63,145 nt of DNA from SAR202 cluster bacterium (GTDB lineage Bacteria > Chloroflexota > Dehalococcoidia > Lucifugimonadales > UBA826): assembly GCA_008373095.1 (NCBI GenBank), contig RQOP01000005.1, positions 1 through 63,145 of the forward strand. The letters are read 5' to 3'. The notes under the pieces are model-generated. The model did no database searches and was not told the origin of the DNA. It saw nothing but the letters and a program-made list of their open reading frames with translations. A program made the translations under genes and the position numbers. Each line of letters opens with the position of its first letter. Position 1 is the first letter of the stretch. Positions 45,066 through 55,600 of this stretch are shown here, piece by piece.

Positions 45066-46238
45066 ATGACAGAGCGATATGAATTACCAGAGGAATTAAG
45101 ACTTACAAAAAACTTAGTGAGAGATTTCAACAGAAATGAAATTATCCCTTTGGAACAGGAGATACCTCATGATTCCATCACCATTCCAGAAGAGAATTTT
45201 ACTGAGCTTTCACAGAAAACCAAAGAAATGGGTCTTTGGTGCCTTGGGGTACCTGAAGAGCATGGTGGAGCAGGTCTATCATTGTTCGCAAATGCGGTCA
45301 TCACAGAAGAAATGGTACAGCATGCCGCAGGCCTTTACTGTCCTGCATACGGAACAATGGGTGACGCCCCACCAGAAATAATATGGGCCGGCGACGAATA
45401 CCAGATAAAAAAATACGGGATTCCCACCGTGGAGCACAAGTTAAAAGGCTGGTTCGCAATAACAGAACCCAGTGGAGGTTCAGATCCTGCCAGAGCTATA
45501 CAAACCCACGCTAAAAGAGATGGTGATGATTGGATCATAAATGGAAGCAAAATCTACATTAGTGGGTCACCGTGGGGAGATTGGGGGATAGTATTTGCCC
45601 GGACAGACCCTGACAGCCGAAGAGGAATAACAGCTTTTATAGTTGAAAATGATTGGCCCGGACTCACAGTGGAACCTGTCCCGGTAATGAGGGCTTACTA
45701 CCCTGGACAACTGTTTTTTGATGACCTAAGAGTCCCGAGTGAAAATGTTCTCGGTGAAGTAGATGGCGGCTGGGATCTACTTGCCAACAAATTGCTGGCC
45801 AGAGCACGAATCCCATACTCAGCATCTAATCTTGGAGTCGCGGTTGCAGCCCATAACATGGCAGTGGAATATTCCAAAACAAGAGAAACATTTGGAGCCC
45901 CATTGGCCTCGCGGCAGGCAATACAGTGGATGTTAGTTGATAGTGAAATCGAGATAAGAGCATGCAGATGGCTGGTCTGGGAGGCTGCTTGGCAATTCGA
46001 TAATGGTGATGATTTTAGACAGGCCGCATCGGTAGCCAAAATACATTCAGCTGAAACTCTTGGCAATGTCGTTGACAGAGCGATTCAGGTCCATGGTGGT
46101 ATGGGTGTAACAGAATGGCTCCCTCTTGAAAGGTGGTACAGAGAGGCACGAATACGCAAGATTGGGGAAGGACCTACTGAGGTGCAAAAAATGGTTATCG
46201 CGAGGGAGCTTCTAAATCCCGGTGGTGTCCACGCGTAA
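45066..46238 (+). CDS. Acyl-CoA dehydrogenase
   Basis: AITEP.GGSD, INGSKIYIS, RETFGAPL, IQVHGGMG, IGEGPTEVQ. Confidence 0.95.
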   Translation: MTERYELPEELRLTKNLVRDFNRNEIIPLEQEIPHDSITIPEENFTELSQKTKEMGLWCLGVPEEHGGAGLSLFANAVITEEMVQHAAGLYCPAYGTMGDAPPEIIWAGDEYQIKKYGIPTVEHKLKGWFAITEPSGGSDPARAIQTHAKRDGDDWIINGSKIYISGSPWGDWGIVFARTDPDSRRGITAFIVENDWPGLTVEPVPVMRAYYPGQLFFDDLRVPSENVLGEVDGGWDLLANKLLARARIPYSASNLGVAVAAHNMAVEYSKTRETFGAPLASRQAIQWMLVDSEIEIRACRWLVWEAAWQFDNGDDFRQAASVAKIHSAETLGNVVDRAIQVHGGMGVTEWLPLERWYREARIRKIGEGPTEVQKMVIARELLNPGGVHA

Positions 46239-46671
46239 TATAGCATTGAACATCTTTTTTGACACTGACTACACAATACTTGGAGTTGACGGTTCCCTAA
46301 GACCTCACGTCGAGCAGTTATTTCAATACATAATCGATCGAAACCATAGGATCTACGTTTGGTCCGGGAATGGTATTCGCACCAAAGATATGGAAAAGCA
46401 TAACCTCACTGATTTCATCACCAACTTTTATGAAAAGCCCGTTCATGACTATTGGAACAATACCTCCAAATTACCAGAGAAAGATCGACCCAATATGGTG
46501 ATCGATGATAATTTGGAAATTGTGGCTATCTTAGGAGGTATCTGGGTAAACCAATACTATTTCCCAAACAAAAACGATGCGGAAATGCTAAAAGTGCAGG
46601 AAATAATAGTAGAAGTGGAATCATCGGGAAGTTCTGATGATCCTCGTTTCCGAAAACTGAAATTTATCTAA
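46222..46671 (+). CDS. Small HAD-superfamily protein
   Basis: FFDTDYT (DxDxT), VWSG, KP, VIDD = HAD motifs I-IV. Confidence 0.7.
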   Translation: MVSTRNIALNIFFDTDYTILGVDGSLRPHVEQLFQYIIDRNHRIYVWSGNGIRTKDMEKHNLTDFITNFYEKPVHDYWNNTSKLPEKDRPNMVIDDNLEIVAILGGIWVNQYYFPNKNDAEMLKVQEIIVEVESSGSSDDPRFRKLKFI

Positions 46672-46871
46672 ATATTACCCTGACAAAGACACGAGTGTCT
46701 TACGATACTATTTCGATTAATTTAAACATTATCCAACCAGCTAAGGACATCAGACTAATAAGGAACAAAGACAACCCGATCATATAGATGTATTTTTTCA
46801 ATTTATAAAGCCAGCTTCCTTCTTAGAATCTACGAAGTTCAAATATGGAACCCAAAATTAAATCAGTTCCC

Positions 46872-47816
46872 TTATCTAAAAGAAGACATCACTTCTTCAG
46901 ATAACCAATCCATTTTCTCCAAAGAGGAATTTAAATCAGAGGATCTGGTATCTAAAACGATATGGCTAACCCCCAAATTCTCATACTCTTCTATATCTGA
47001 GATGATTTGCTCTGGATTACCTGAAAACCGTCGTCTTCTACCTCCAAATGAATTTTCCTTGTCGTACACAGGGGCCTTCAACACGATAGAAATTTCAGAC
47101 CTATCCCGGCCAATTTGTTCACAATATGTCTCCATGTACGAGATTTCGGTACTCATCTCAGCAGGTTCCAAAGGTGAAGCTGGATTGGCACCTACAGGAT
47201 GCCAAGCGTCAGCCATTTTAACTACGCGTCGAATAGCTGCCCTACTCTGCCCTCCAACCCAAATAGGAGGACCCGGAGTCTGTATTGGCTTTGGGGCAAA
47301 TTGAAGAGGTTTAAAAGAATAGAATTCCCCATTGTAGGAGGGTTCTTCTTTCGTCCATAGTTCTTTGAAGATAGCTATGTATTCGTCAGTAACTTTTCCT
47401 CGTCGATTAAATGGAGCTGTATCCAAAGATTCAAATTCCTCTGACAGCCAACCCACCCCAACTCCTACCACCAATCTACCTCCTGAGAGAACGTCAATGG
47501 TAGCAAGCATTTTTGCCGTCAAAACAGGGTTCCTGTGAGGAACAATCATCACGCTCGTTACAAGTTTGGCAGTATTTGTAACTCCGGCCAAAAATGCTAG
47601 CTCTGTAATCATTTCAAGATGTTCACCAGAACTATCCCACGGAACTTCAGTTCCGACAGAATATGGATACTGCGATTCAGGGTTTATAGGAGCTATAACA
47701 TGATCACCAGCCACCATTGAATCGAAACCAATATCTTCAGCATGGGAAGCTATTTTTAATATTGGCTCGCGTTGAGCAAGGGGACCATGAGTCGGTAAAT
47801 AAAATCCAAATTCCAT
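46872..47816 (-). CDS. LLM oxidoreductase, Rv2161c-like (probably F420-dependent)
   Basis: AGDHVI.P..YPY, PHRNPVLTAKMLATIDVLSGGR..GVGVGW..EEF, PPIWVGG. Confidence 0.92.
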   Translation of the reverse strand: MEFGFYLPTHGPLAQREPILKIASHAEDIGFDSMVAGDHVIAPINPESQYPYSVGTEVPWDSSGEHLEMITELAFLAGVTNTAKLVTSVMIVPHRNPVLTAKMLATIDVLSGGRLVVGVGVGWLSEEFESLDTAPFNRRGKVTDEYIAIFKELWTKEEPSYNGEFYSFKPLQFAPKPIQTPGPPIWVGGQSRAAIRRVVKMADAWHPVGANPASPLEPAEMSTEISYMETYCEQIGRDRSEISIVLKAPVYDKENSFGGRRRRFSGNPEQIISDIEEYENLGVSHIVLDTRSSDLNSSLEKMDWLSEEVMSSFR

Positions 47817-47837
47817 TTTAGTTCCTTTCAAAATATC

Positions 47838-48620
47838 TTATTCAGGTAAGTTTGTTTTCAAAAAACCGTGAACCAATTCATTGAAAAATTCTGGTTGCTC
47901 ATAATAAATAGAATGCCCGGATCGTTCCACCATCACGAACTCTGAATGCGGAATTAGCGATGAAGCTATCTCGATAGTCTTCGGATGCACTAATTTATCT
48001 TCTTGCCCAACCATAAATAGCGTTGGTATACCTAGTTCACTAAATCTTTCATCCGTAGAACCATTGTGGTTCGGTCTCGGAGCTAGAAAATCAGGACCGT
48101 GTCTTGGATTCATTCTCATAATCTGTCTATACAACAAAGACCTTTCAGGAAATCTTTCTGAAAAATCGGGTGATAGTGCCTTAATCGCACCCTCTGGTAA
48201 AAATGGAGGAGATGCTTTGTGTTTTTTTCGCACTTCCCTCGATTCTTCATTATCAGACCCACCATTTGTGCCAGAAAAAACCAAAGCTGTCACCCGTTTT
48301 GGGTTTCTTAAAGAAAATACTGCTGCAGTTCGGCCACCCATTGAATGAGCCACAATCGCTGCCTTATCTATAGCAAGATGATCGAGAAGCCCTTCCAAAT
48401 CATCTGCAAAAGCTGTTCTTCCTTTGGGTACCGCTTCATCCGGCGTCCTTCCGAAGGTCCTATGGTCAAAAATCACACATTTATAGAACTCCGAAAAATA
48501 TGGTATCTGCTGCCACCATGATATGTGGTTTCCGCCAGAACCATGCGCAAATACGACAGGGGTCCCTTCCCCATGAACCTCGTAATACATGGACACACCG
48601 TTTACGTCTGCGAATGCCAT
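47838..48620 (-). CDS. Alpha/beta hydrolase
   Basis: FAHGSGG, AHSMGG, SGHSIYYE. Confidence 0.92.
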   Translation of the reverse strand: MAFADVNGVSMYYEVHGEGTPVVFAHGSGGNHISWWQQIPYFSEFYKCVIFDHRTFGRTPDEAVPKGRTAFADDLEGLLDHLAIDKAAIVAHSMGGRTAAVFSLRNPKRVTALVFSGTNGGSDNEESREVRKKHKASPPFLPEGAIKALSPDFSERFPERSLLYRQIMRMNPRHGPDFLAPRPNHNGSTDERFSELGIPTLFMVGQEDKLVHPKTIEIASSLIPHSEFVMVERSGHSIYYEQPEFFNELVHGFLKTNLPE

Positions 48621-48646
48621 TATTCTCCTTTACATATACCAGACAA

Positions 48647-49405
48647 CTATTCCCTCACCCCTGTCACTCCGCCATCAATAACTAATTCTATTCCTGTAAC
48701 AAATGAGGATTCGTCGGAAGCAAGATATAAAACGCCGTAGGCAACGTCAATCGATTGTCCAATGCGACCAAGAGGTATAGAGCCAACTCTAGATTCCGGG
48801 TCAGTTGAGTGAGTCACAGATCTAATCATGTCAGTGTTTATGGGACCAGGATGAACAGAATTACATCTTATGTTGTCGGATGCAAAACGCCCTGCTGTCG
48901 ATTTTGTGAGGACCCTAACTGCTCCTTTGGATGCTGCATATGCAGGAGAAGACAAAGGTCTGCCTACTATGCCAGCTATGGAGGAGATATTAACTATAGA
49001 GCCTCCCCCAGCCCTTTGCATTGCTGGGATGACATACCTAGTGCCCAAGAAAACGCCCTTGGAATTAATCTCCATAGTTCTATCCCAATCCTCGGAAGAC
49101 ACTTCCAAGTAGTCTTGAGGTAAGGCAATTCCTGCGTTATTCACAAGTATGTCTAATTTGCCATATTCAGATTCGGCAAATTCTATAGCTTTTTCCCAAT
49201 CTGAATCATTTGTCACATCCAGATGGACATATCTAACATTGCCACCGGATTCTGTAACTTCCTTCTCAACTTCCGAGCCCAATTGATCCAATACATCCCC
49301 AAATATTACCTGTGCACCTTCGGATGCAAAAAGGCTAACTTCTTCTGCTCCTTGACCTTTAGCACCTCCGGAAATAAGAGCTACTTTCCCTTCAAGTCTT
49401 TTCAT
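48647..49405 (-). CDS. SDR, cyclopentanol/hydroxysteroid dehydrogenase-like
   Basis: SGGAKGQG, LVNNAGI, NISSIAG, YAASKG, NSVHPG; GAGGAGG RBS. Confidence 0.93.
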   Translation of the reverse strand: MKRLEGKVALISGGAKGQGAEEVSLFASEGAQVIFGDVLDQLGSEVEKEVTESGGNVRYVHLDVTNDSDWEKAIEFAESEYGKLDILVNNAGIALPQDYLEVSSEDWDRTMEINSKGVFLGTRYVIPAMQRAGGGSIVNISSIAGIVGRPLSSPAYAASKGAVRVLTKSTAGRFASDNIRCNSVHPGPINTDMIRSVTHSTDPESRVGSIPLGRIGQSIDVAYGVLYLASDESSFVTGIELVIDGGVTGVRE

Positions 49406-49427
49406 TGTTAACCTCCTCAAAAGCCCT

Positions 49428-50267
49428 TTATAAGGCTTTCCATTTCATAACGTTATTATCTATGTGAACTCTTCCAAAATGTTCATCTGGATGAAAGTGC
49501 CCCGCTGCAATAATCATGTCCTGGGAGATTGACCTATCGATTAAATCTAATCGACTTTTTTCGCTGGCTGTTTTATCAACATCCACTCCAGCAGACCAAG
49601 ATGGTTCACTAATTTGGACTTTACTATGAATCGCATCTCCCACAATAGCTGCTTTCTCCCCCCCAGAACTCAATATGAAAGACATATGACCTGGAGTATG
49701 TCCTGGGGTCAAAAGCGAAGTGATTTCATCAGTAACGTTAAACCCATCACCAAAAAGATCCATCAATGACAGAGATTCCAATGGAATCACATTTTCACTA
49801 ACCCACGGAGCATTAATCAGATTCTCAGGCCGAGTGAAATAGTCCCAATCCAACGAAGGAACCAAGTACCTTGCATTCGGAAAGTAAGGAATCGGTGGGT
49901 CTGAGGATAGGTCCAAATTCCAGCCCACATGATCGATATGCAGATGACTATGAACCACTATATCTATATCTCCGGGCATAATACCCGTCCTAATGAGATC
50001 GTTTAATAAATCTCCTTTTTGGTTCCCTCGAGTTGGATGGGGTCCCGGACCAATTCCCGTGTCCACCAAAACTATCTTTCCATTAGATCTCACTATGAAA
50101 CTGCCATAGTAAAGTTGGACTAATCCCTTATCCAACACCTCGTCTTTATATGGATCCCACAGGGCAATGTCCACATCAGGGAAAAAATCATCAGGAGATC
50201 TTGGTGGAGGTACCATGTCCATAAGAGATATAACCTCTAAATTGCCGATCTGTAATTTTTCTTGCAT
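49428..50267 (-). CDS. MBL-fold hydrolase (lactonase-like)
   Basis: LVDTG.G, HSHLHIDHVG, TPGHTPGH, GDAIH, AGHF. Confidence 0.92.
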   Translation of the reverse strand: MQEKLQIGNLEVISLMDMVPPPRSPDDFFPDVDIALWDPYKDEVLDKGLVQLYYGSFIVRSNGKIVLVDTGIGPGPHPTRGNQKGDLLNDLIRTGIMPGDIDIVVHSHLHIDHVGWNLDLSSDPPIPYFPNARYLVPSLDWDYFTRPENLINAPWVSENVIPLESLSLMDLFGDGFNVTDEITSLLTPGHTPGHMSFILSSGGEKAAIVGDAIHSKVQISEPSWSAGVDVDKTASEKSRLDLIDRSISQDMIIAAGHFHPDEHFGRVHIDNNVMKWKAL

Positions 50268-50392
50268 TTACTTCCCCCATGATTAATTTGCCAAAAATCA
50301 TTATCAGGTTTCAGCCTGTTACACTCACTTCGACATTGTATTCCTTTTTTACAAGGTTTTATTTGAAACAATAAAAGAGAGAGGTAACAGAA

Positions 50393-51307
50393 ATGGAAAA
50401 AATTAAAATTGGATTCATCGGCCTAGGGAACATGGGAGGAGGAATGTCATTAAATATAGCCAGAGCAGGCTATGAAATGGTAGTTCATGATATTGACCGA
50501 GAAGCAGCCACACCCCTTCTCGAATTGGGTGCAGAATGGGCAGAGACACCAAAGCAGCTGGCTGAATCTGTTGATGTGATTTTTACCTCGCTTCCAGGAC
50601 CACCAGAAGTAACCTCAGTATCTACTGGAGTCGATGGATTGATAGAAGGCGTGTCCAAAGACTCAATTTGGATTGATCTCAGTACAAGTTCGCCTACATT
50701 AATTAGAGAATTATCAAAAAAATTTGAAGACCACGGGGCCACTGTTTTAGACGCCCCCGTTAGTGGTGGAGTTAAAGGAGCTCAAACAGGTAAATTGGCA
50801 ATAATGGTCGGTGGAAACGAAAGCATATTTAATCAGGTAAAACCAATTCTAGATTCTTTTGGCGACAAGGTGAGTTATACGGGTTCCATAGGGTCCGGCA
50901 GCATATGCAAGCTTATGCACAATACCATCGGCTATGGCATGCAAATGATCATATCTGAATGTTTGACTCTCGGAGTTAAAGCAGGAGTAAAACCAGAAGA
51001 ACTCGTGGAATGTATAAAAAACGGAAGTGTAGGGAGAGGTAACTTACTTAATGTCACATTACCAGACACATATCTGCAAGGTAAATTCGACCCCCCTAAT
51101 TTTGCCCTCAAATTAGCGAGAAAAGATGTCTCTTTGGCCCTTGAACTTGGTCGCGAATATGATGTTCCGATGGAGGCGGCAAGTCATGCTTACAATGAAC
51201 TGACTGCTGCGATGAACAGAGGATGGGAAAACAAAGATTCTAGGATCAGCCTGCTCCTCCAAGAAGAAAGAGCAGGTAATATTGAGGTTAGAGTGGACAA
51301 CTCATAG
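50393..51307 (+). CDS. 3-hydroxyisobutyrate / 2-hydroxy-3-oxopropionate dehydrogenase family
   Basis: GFIGLGNMG, DAPVSGG, CKLMHN, LKLARKD. Confidence 0.93.
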   Translation: MEKIKIGFIGLGNMGGGMSLNIARAGYEMVVHDIDREAATPLLELGAEWAETPKQLAESVDVIFTSLPGPPEVTSVSTGVDGLIEGVSKDSIWIDLSTSSPTLIRELSKKFEDHGATVLDAPVSGGVKGAQTGKLAIMVGGNESIFNQVKPILDSFGDKVSYTGSIGSGSICKLMHNTIGYGMQMIISECLTLGVKAGVKPEELVECIKNGSVGRGNLLNVTLPDTYLQGKFDPPNFALKLARKDVSLALELGREYDVPMEAASHAYNELTAAMNRGWENKDSRISLLLQEERAGNIEVRVDNS

Positions 51308-51326
51308 TCTACTCAAGGAGTAATCC

Positions 51327-52514
51327 TTAATCTCCCGGCACCATTTCAGCAACAGATCCTTTAAAGGCTGGCATAACTTCTTCTGAAAATCGTTCTAGCT
51401 GTTCAACTATTACAGATTTTGGTGTGCCAACTGGATGGCTAACGCTAACTCTATTCAACCCGGGATATTTTTTCTCTAATGCTTTCAATTGCTCAATAAT
51501 TAAATCTGGAGGTCCAGCCAATACGCCGCCTGCCTCCACAGCATCCGCTATTGTTGGTAATCCAGCCTTGAGTGCTGTTTCAGGGTCGCCCATAGCAGTA
51601 ATCTGATCATCACTTAAAGCTTTCACTAGTCGGAGAGGGCCAAACATTTTTAGATTTTCTTCGTAAAAATTACCGACTTCTTTCATGGCTTGCTCTTTTG
51701 TATCCGCAATATGAAAATGAAATCCTATTGCCAAATTCTCTCCAAGTTCCGTATCCACCCCTATCCTGGAATAAGCATCCCTAAATCCCTCTACAGCTTT
51801 ATCCATAGCCCCTCCTTCAGAACTTCCTCCTCCTATAATTCCACTCATGCCATGCTTTGCCATGAAATCTAATCCACGGGGTGTGGCACTTTGAATAGGT
51901 TGCCAGCATTCAACAGGTCGATTTACCGGCCTCGGCACCAATGTGATTTCTTTTAACTCATACCCTCTGTAAGGAACCTCGGGCGGTATGGTGTAGTAGG
52001 AACCTTTGTGGGAAAAGGAATCTTTATTAAAGGCTTCAAATATTATATCGACCTGCTCTTCAAACAAGTCTCTGTTGGCCGGTTGATCTAGAAGAGGAGA
52101 ACCAAAGGTTTCAACTTCTCTAGTGTGGTATCCCCTACCAACACCAAACACTACCCTGCCCCCAGTCAGCACGTCAGCAGTGGCATAATCTTCCGCGAGT
52201 CTCAGAGGATGCCACATAGGGGCAATATTGAACCCGCAACCCAATCTAACATTCTTCGTTAAATGTGCCAGATGTAAGGCCATCATGAGAACATTTGGTA
52301 GACACTCGTAGCCTTCAGGTTGAAAATGATGTTCAGCCATCCAAAAGGTGTCATACCCACACCGATCCATAGTTTGAGCTATCTCTGTAGCCTTATCAAA
52401 GGCTGACACAAGATATTCGTTGCCAAAGATCCGATCGTTCACTGGGGTACCGGCATACCCAACATTCTCCAAATCTACATGGCCGGCATAAAGACTATCG
52501 AAATTAGTAATCAT
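51327..52514 (-). CDS. LLM flavin-dependent oxidoreductase
   Basis: FWMAEHHFQ, WHPLRLAEDYATAD..GGR..GVGRGY. Confidence 0.92.
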   Translation of the reverse strand: MITNFDSLYAGHVDLENVGYAGTPVNDRIFGNEYLVSAFDKATEIAQTMDRCGYDTFWMAEHHFQPEGYECLPNVLMMALHLAHLTKNVRLGCGFNIAPMWHPLRLAEDYATADVLTGGRVVFGVGRGYHTREVETFGSPLLDQPANRDLFEEQVDIIFEAFNKDSFSHKGSYYTIPPEVPYRGYELKEITLVPRPVNRPVECWQPIQSATPRGLDFMAKHGMSGIIGGGSSEGGAMDKAVEGFRDAYSRIGVDTELGENLAIGFHFHIADTKEQAMKEVGNFYEENLKMFGPLRLVKALSDDQITAMGDPETALKAGLPTIADAVEAGGVLAGPPDLIIEQLKALEKKYPGLNRVSVSHPVGTPKSVIVEQLERFSEEVMPAFKGSVAEMVPGD

Positions 52515-52693
52515 TTTGCCCCTCCTTGATGCTTTAAAAAATCAACTTAGATTTTGGCGAATAATAACAGAGAACCAGTTGTACTATTTCAATCATAAAA
52601 AAAGTCCCAAAAAGCCTTTTATGAGATCCAAAACCAAAAAAAAAGAGAAACTGAAGTAAAATGTCGCCCATTACCAAAAAATAAGGTACTCAT

Positions 52694-55600
52694 ATGACGC
52701 TAAAAAAAATACTTATAGCTAATCGCGGGGAAATTGCAATCCGAATTGCAAGAGCCGCCTCAGACATGAATATTACGACTGTCTCTATCTATTCCGAAGA
52801 TGATGCTTCATCGCTTCACGTTCAATCAACGGATGAATCTTTTGGATTAAATGGGGAAGGGGTAGCCGCATATCTAGATATAGAACAGGTAGTGGGAATA
52901 GCTAAAAAATCTGGTGCAGACTCAATCCATCCTGGATACGGATTTCTTGCAGAGAACCCCGGATTTGCAAAAAGATGCCAAGAAGAAGGAATCGTTTTCA
53001 TAGGGCCAAGTGTGGCAATACTGGAGCTCTTTGGAGATAAAGGAAAAGCTAGATTAGCTGCAGCAAAGTCAAACGTACCAACACCAGCCGGACTCGAAGG
53101 TCCGATCACGCTTGAATCTGCAAAAAAATTTTTTGGGAACCTTGAAGAAGGTAGCGGTATGATGCTTAAAGCCATAGCAGGCGGGGGAGGAAGAGGAACT
53201 AGAGCGATTAAGAATCCATCTGAAGTAGAAAGATTATTTAAGCGATGCCAATCTGAAGCAAAAAGAAGTTTTGGAAATGGTGACTTATATGCCGAACAAC
53301 TTATAGAAAATGCTAGGCATATCGAAGTTCAGATAATTGGTGATAATTTTGGCAATGTGACGCATCTCTGGGAAAGAGAGTGCAGCATACAACGCCGCTA
53401 TCAAAAGTTGGTGGAAATTGCCCCTGCACCTTTTATCACGCAAAGTCTTCGTGACCAAATTATCGAGTCAGCTATCACCCTTGCCGTTGACGTCGGATAT
53501 TGTAATTTAGGCACCTTCGAATTTTTGGCTTACCAAAGTCGTGGATCTGAATACGACTCGTTTGTGTTCATTGAAGGAAATGCCAGGTTGCAAGTCGAAC
53601 ACACGGTTACCGAAGAAATAACAGGAATAGATATCGTGCAGTCTCAAATCCGATTGGCCGATGGATCTACCTTAAGTGATATAGGACTTGATCCCGACAA
53701 TCCTCCCTCAGTGAGAGGATACGCGATACAAAACAGAATTAACTGCGAAACGATATCTAACACAGGTCAAATAAAACCCTCCACGGGAAAAATTACTAAA
53801 TATGGTGCACCCGGTGGGCTAGGGATAAGAACTGACGGATTTGGCTATACAGGCTATGAAACCACAATGGCTTTTGATTCTCTTATTGCGAAACTCATAT
53901 GCCATTCAAATTCCGACAATTTCCTTGATGCTGTAAATCGATCAAAAAGAGCACTATCAGAGTTCGACATAGAAGGAGTTGAAACCAATATCGAATTTCA
54001 TTTGAACCTTCTGTCTCACCCTGAATTTATATCCGGAAATATAAATACCCTTTTCCTTGATGATAACTTGGCTGAACTAATGCCAGACGAATCATCGTCT
54101 AATGGAAAAGGCAACAACAGTCAACCACTCAAAACAGATGAGGGATTTGCAGGAGCCAATCTAAAAACGAAGGATCCGTTAGCTCTGTTTGATTACGATC
54201 AACAAGTAAAATCTACTCAACAAGAATCAGAAACTGAACTAACAGCACCACAAGGGCCAGATGGCACAGTAAATGTGGTCGCACCTATACAAGGAACCGT
54301 CATAAGCATAGATGTTGATCTGGGACAAGAAGTAACAAAAGGTCAACAATTACTAGTCATGGAAGCCATGAAGATGGAACACATGGTCACTAGTAACATC
54401 AGCGGAATAATTAGAGGTATAACAATAAGTGAGGGCGATACAATTCGGGAAAATTACCCTCTTTTCCATATAGAAGAATCTGACGTATCTGTATCTTCCA
54501 AGGACCTCAACCAAGAATTGGACCCAGATTATATTAGGTCTGATTTGCAAGAACTAAATGAAAGACGATCCCACATATTTGATGAAAATAGGCCCAGTGC
54601 TGTTGACAGACGTCGAAGCAAAGGGCAGCGAACGGCTAGAGAAAACATAGCCGACCTTTGTGATCCCGATAGTTTTGTAGAATTCGGCTCCCTTGCGGTG
54701 GCAGCTCAACGACTAAGAAGGGATGAAGATTGGCTCCGAATAAACACCCCTGCAGACGGGCTAATATGCGGGGTAGGGACAGTTAACGGCCAAATGTTTA
54801 CAGAAAAAGATTCTAGGTGTCTGGCAGTATCCTATGACTACACCGTCTTCGCAGGAACGCAAGGTAACAGAAACCACTATAAACAAGATAGGGTGTATGA
54901 GCTCGCACACAGATTTAGATTACCAGTGGTGCTGTTCGGAGAAGGTGGAGGAGGTCGTCCGGGGGATACCGATAAAATGGGAGGTATTGGAATGGATACC
55001 ACCACTTTCACGACTTGGTCCAGATTAAGCGGACTTGTTCCAATGGTAGGAGTCGTCTCCGGGCGCTGCTTTGCAGGAAATACCGCCCTAGTCGCATGTT
55101 GTGACGTTATTATCGCTGCGGAAGACACCACTATAGCTATGGGAGGGCCGGCGATGATAGAAGGCGGAGGTCTAGGCGTCTATACACCTGAAGAAGTAGG
55201 ACCTCTGTCCTTTCAGGTACCTAACGGGGTTGTTGATATTCTCGTTAAAGATGAAGCCGAAGGGGTAGAAGTAGCAAAAAAATATATCTCTTATTTTCAA
55301 GGTGCTACTGAAGAATGGGAAGAAAATGATCAACGAGTTCTTAGACACTCAGTTCCTGAAAATAGAAAAAGAATCTATGACATGAGATCTATTATAGAAA
55401 CCATCGCAGACAAAGATTCAGTTTTAGAAATACGAAAAGATTTTGGTATAGGGATCTTCACCGCCTTAATAAGGATTGAGGGAAAGCCAATGGGGTTGAT
55501 CGCGAATAATCCTCATCATTTGGCAGGAGCGATCGATAGTGATGCCTCTGACAAGGCTGCTAGATTTCTTCAACTCTGCGACGCATTCGATTTGCCCATC

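Noticed and set aside
38441-46701. AGACACG recurring in three intergenic regions (38441, 40471, 46687), once inside palindrome AAGACAC-GA-GTGTCTT
   Set aside because: A 7-mer is expected several times by chance in 63 kb, and the contexts differ (20-bp intra-operon gap, promoter region, convergent gap).
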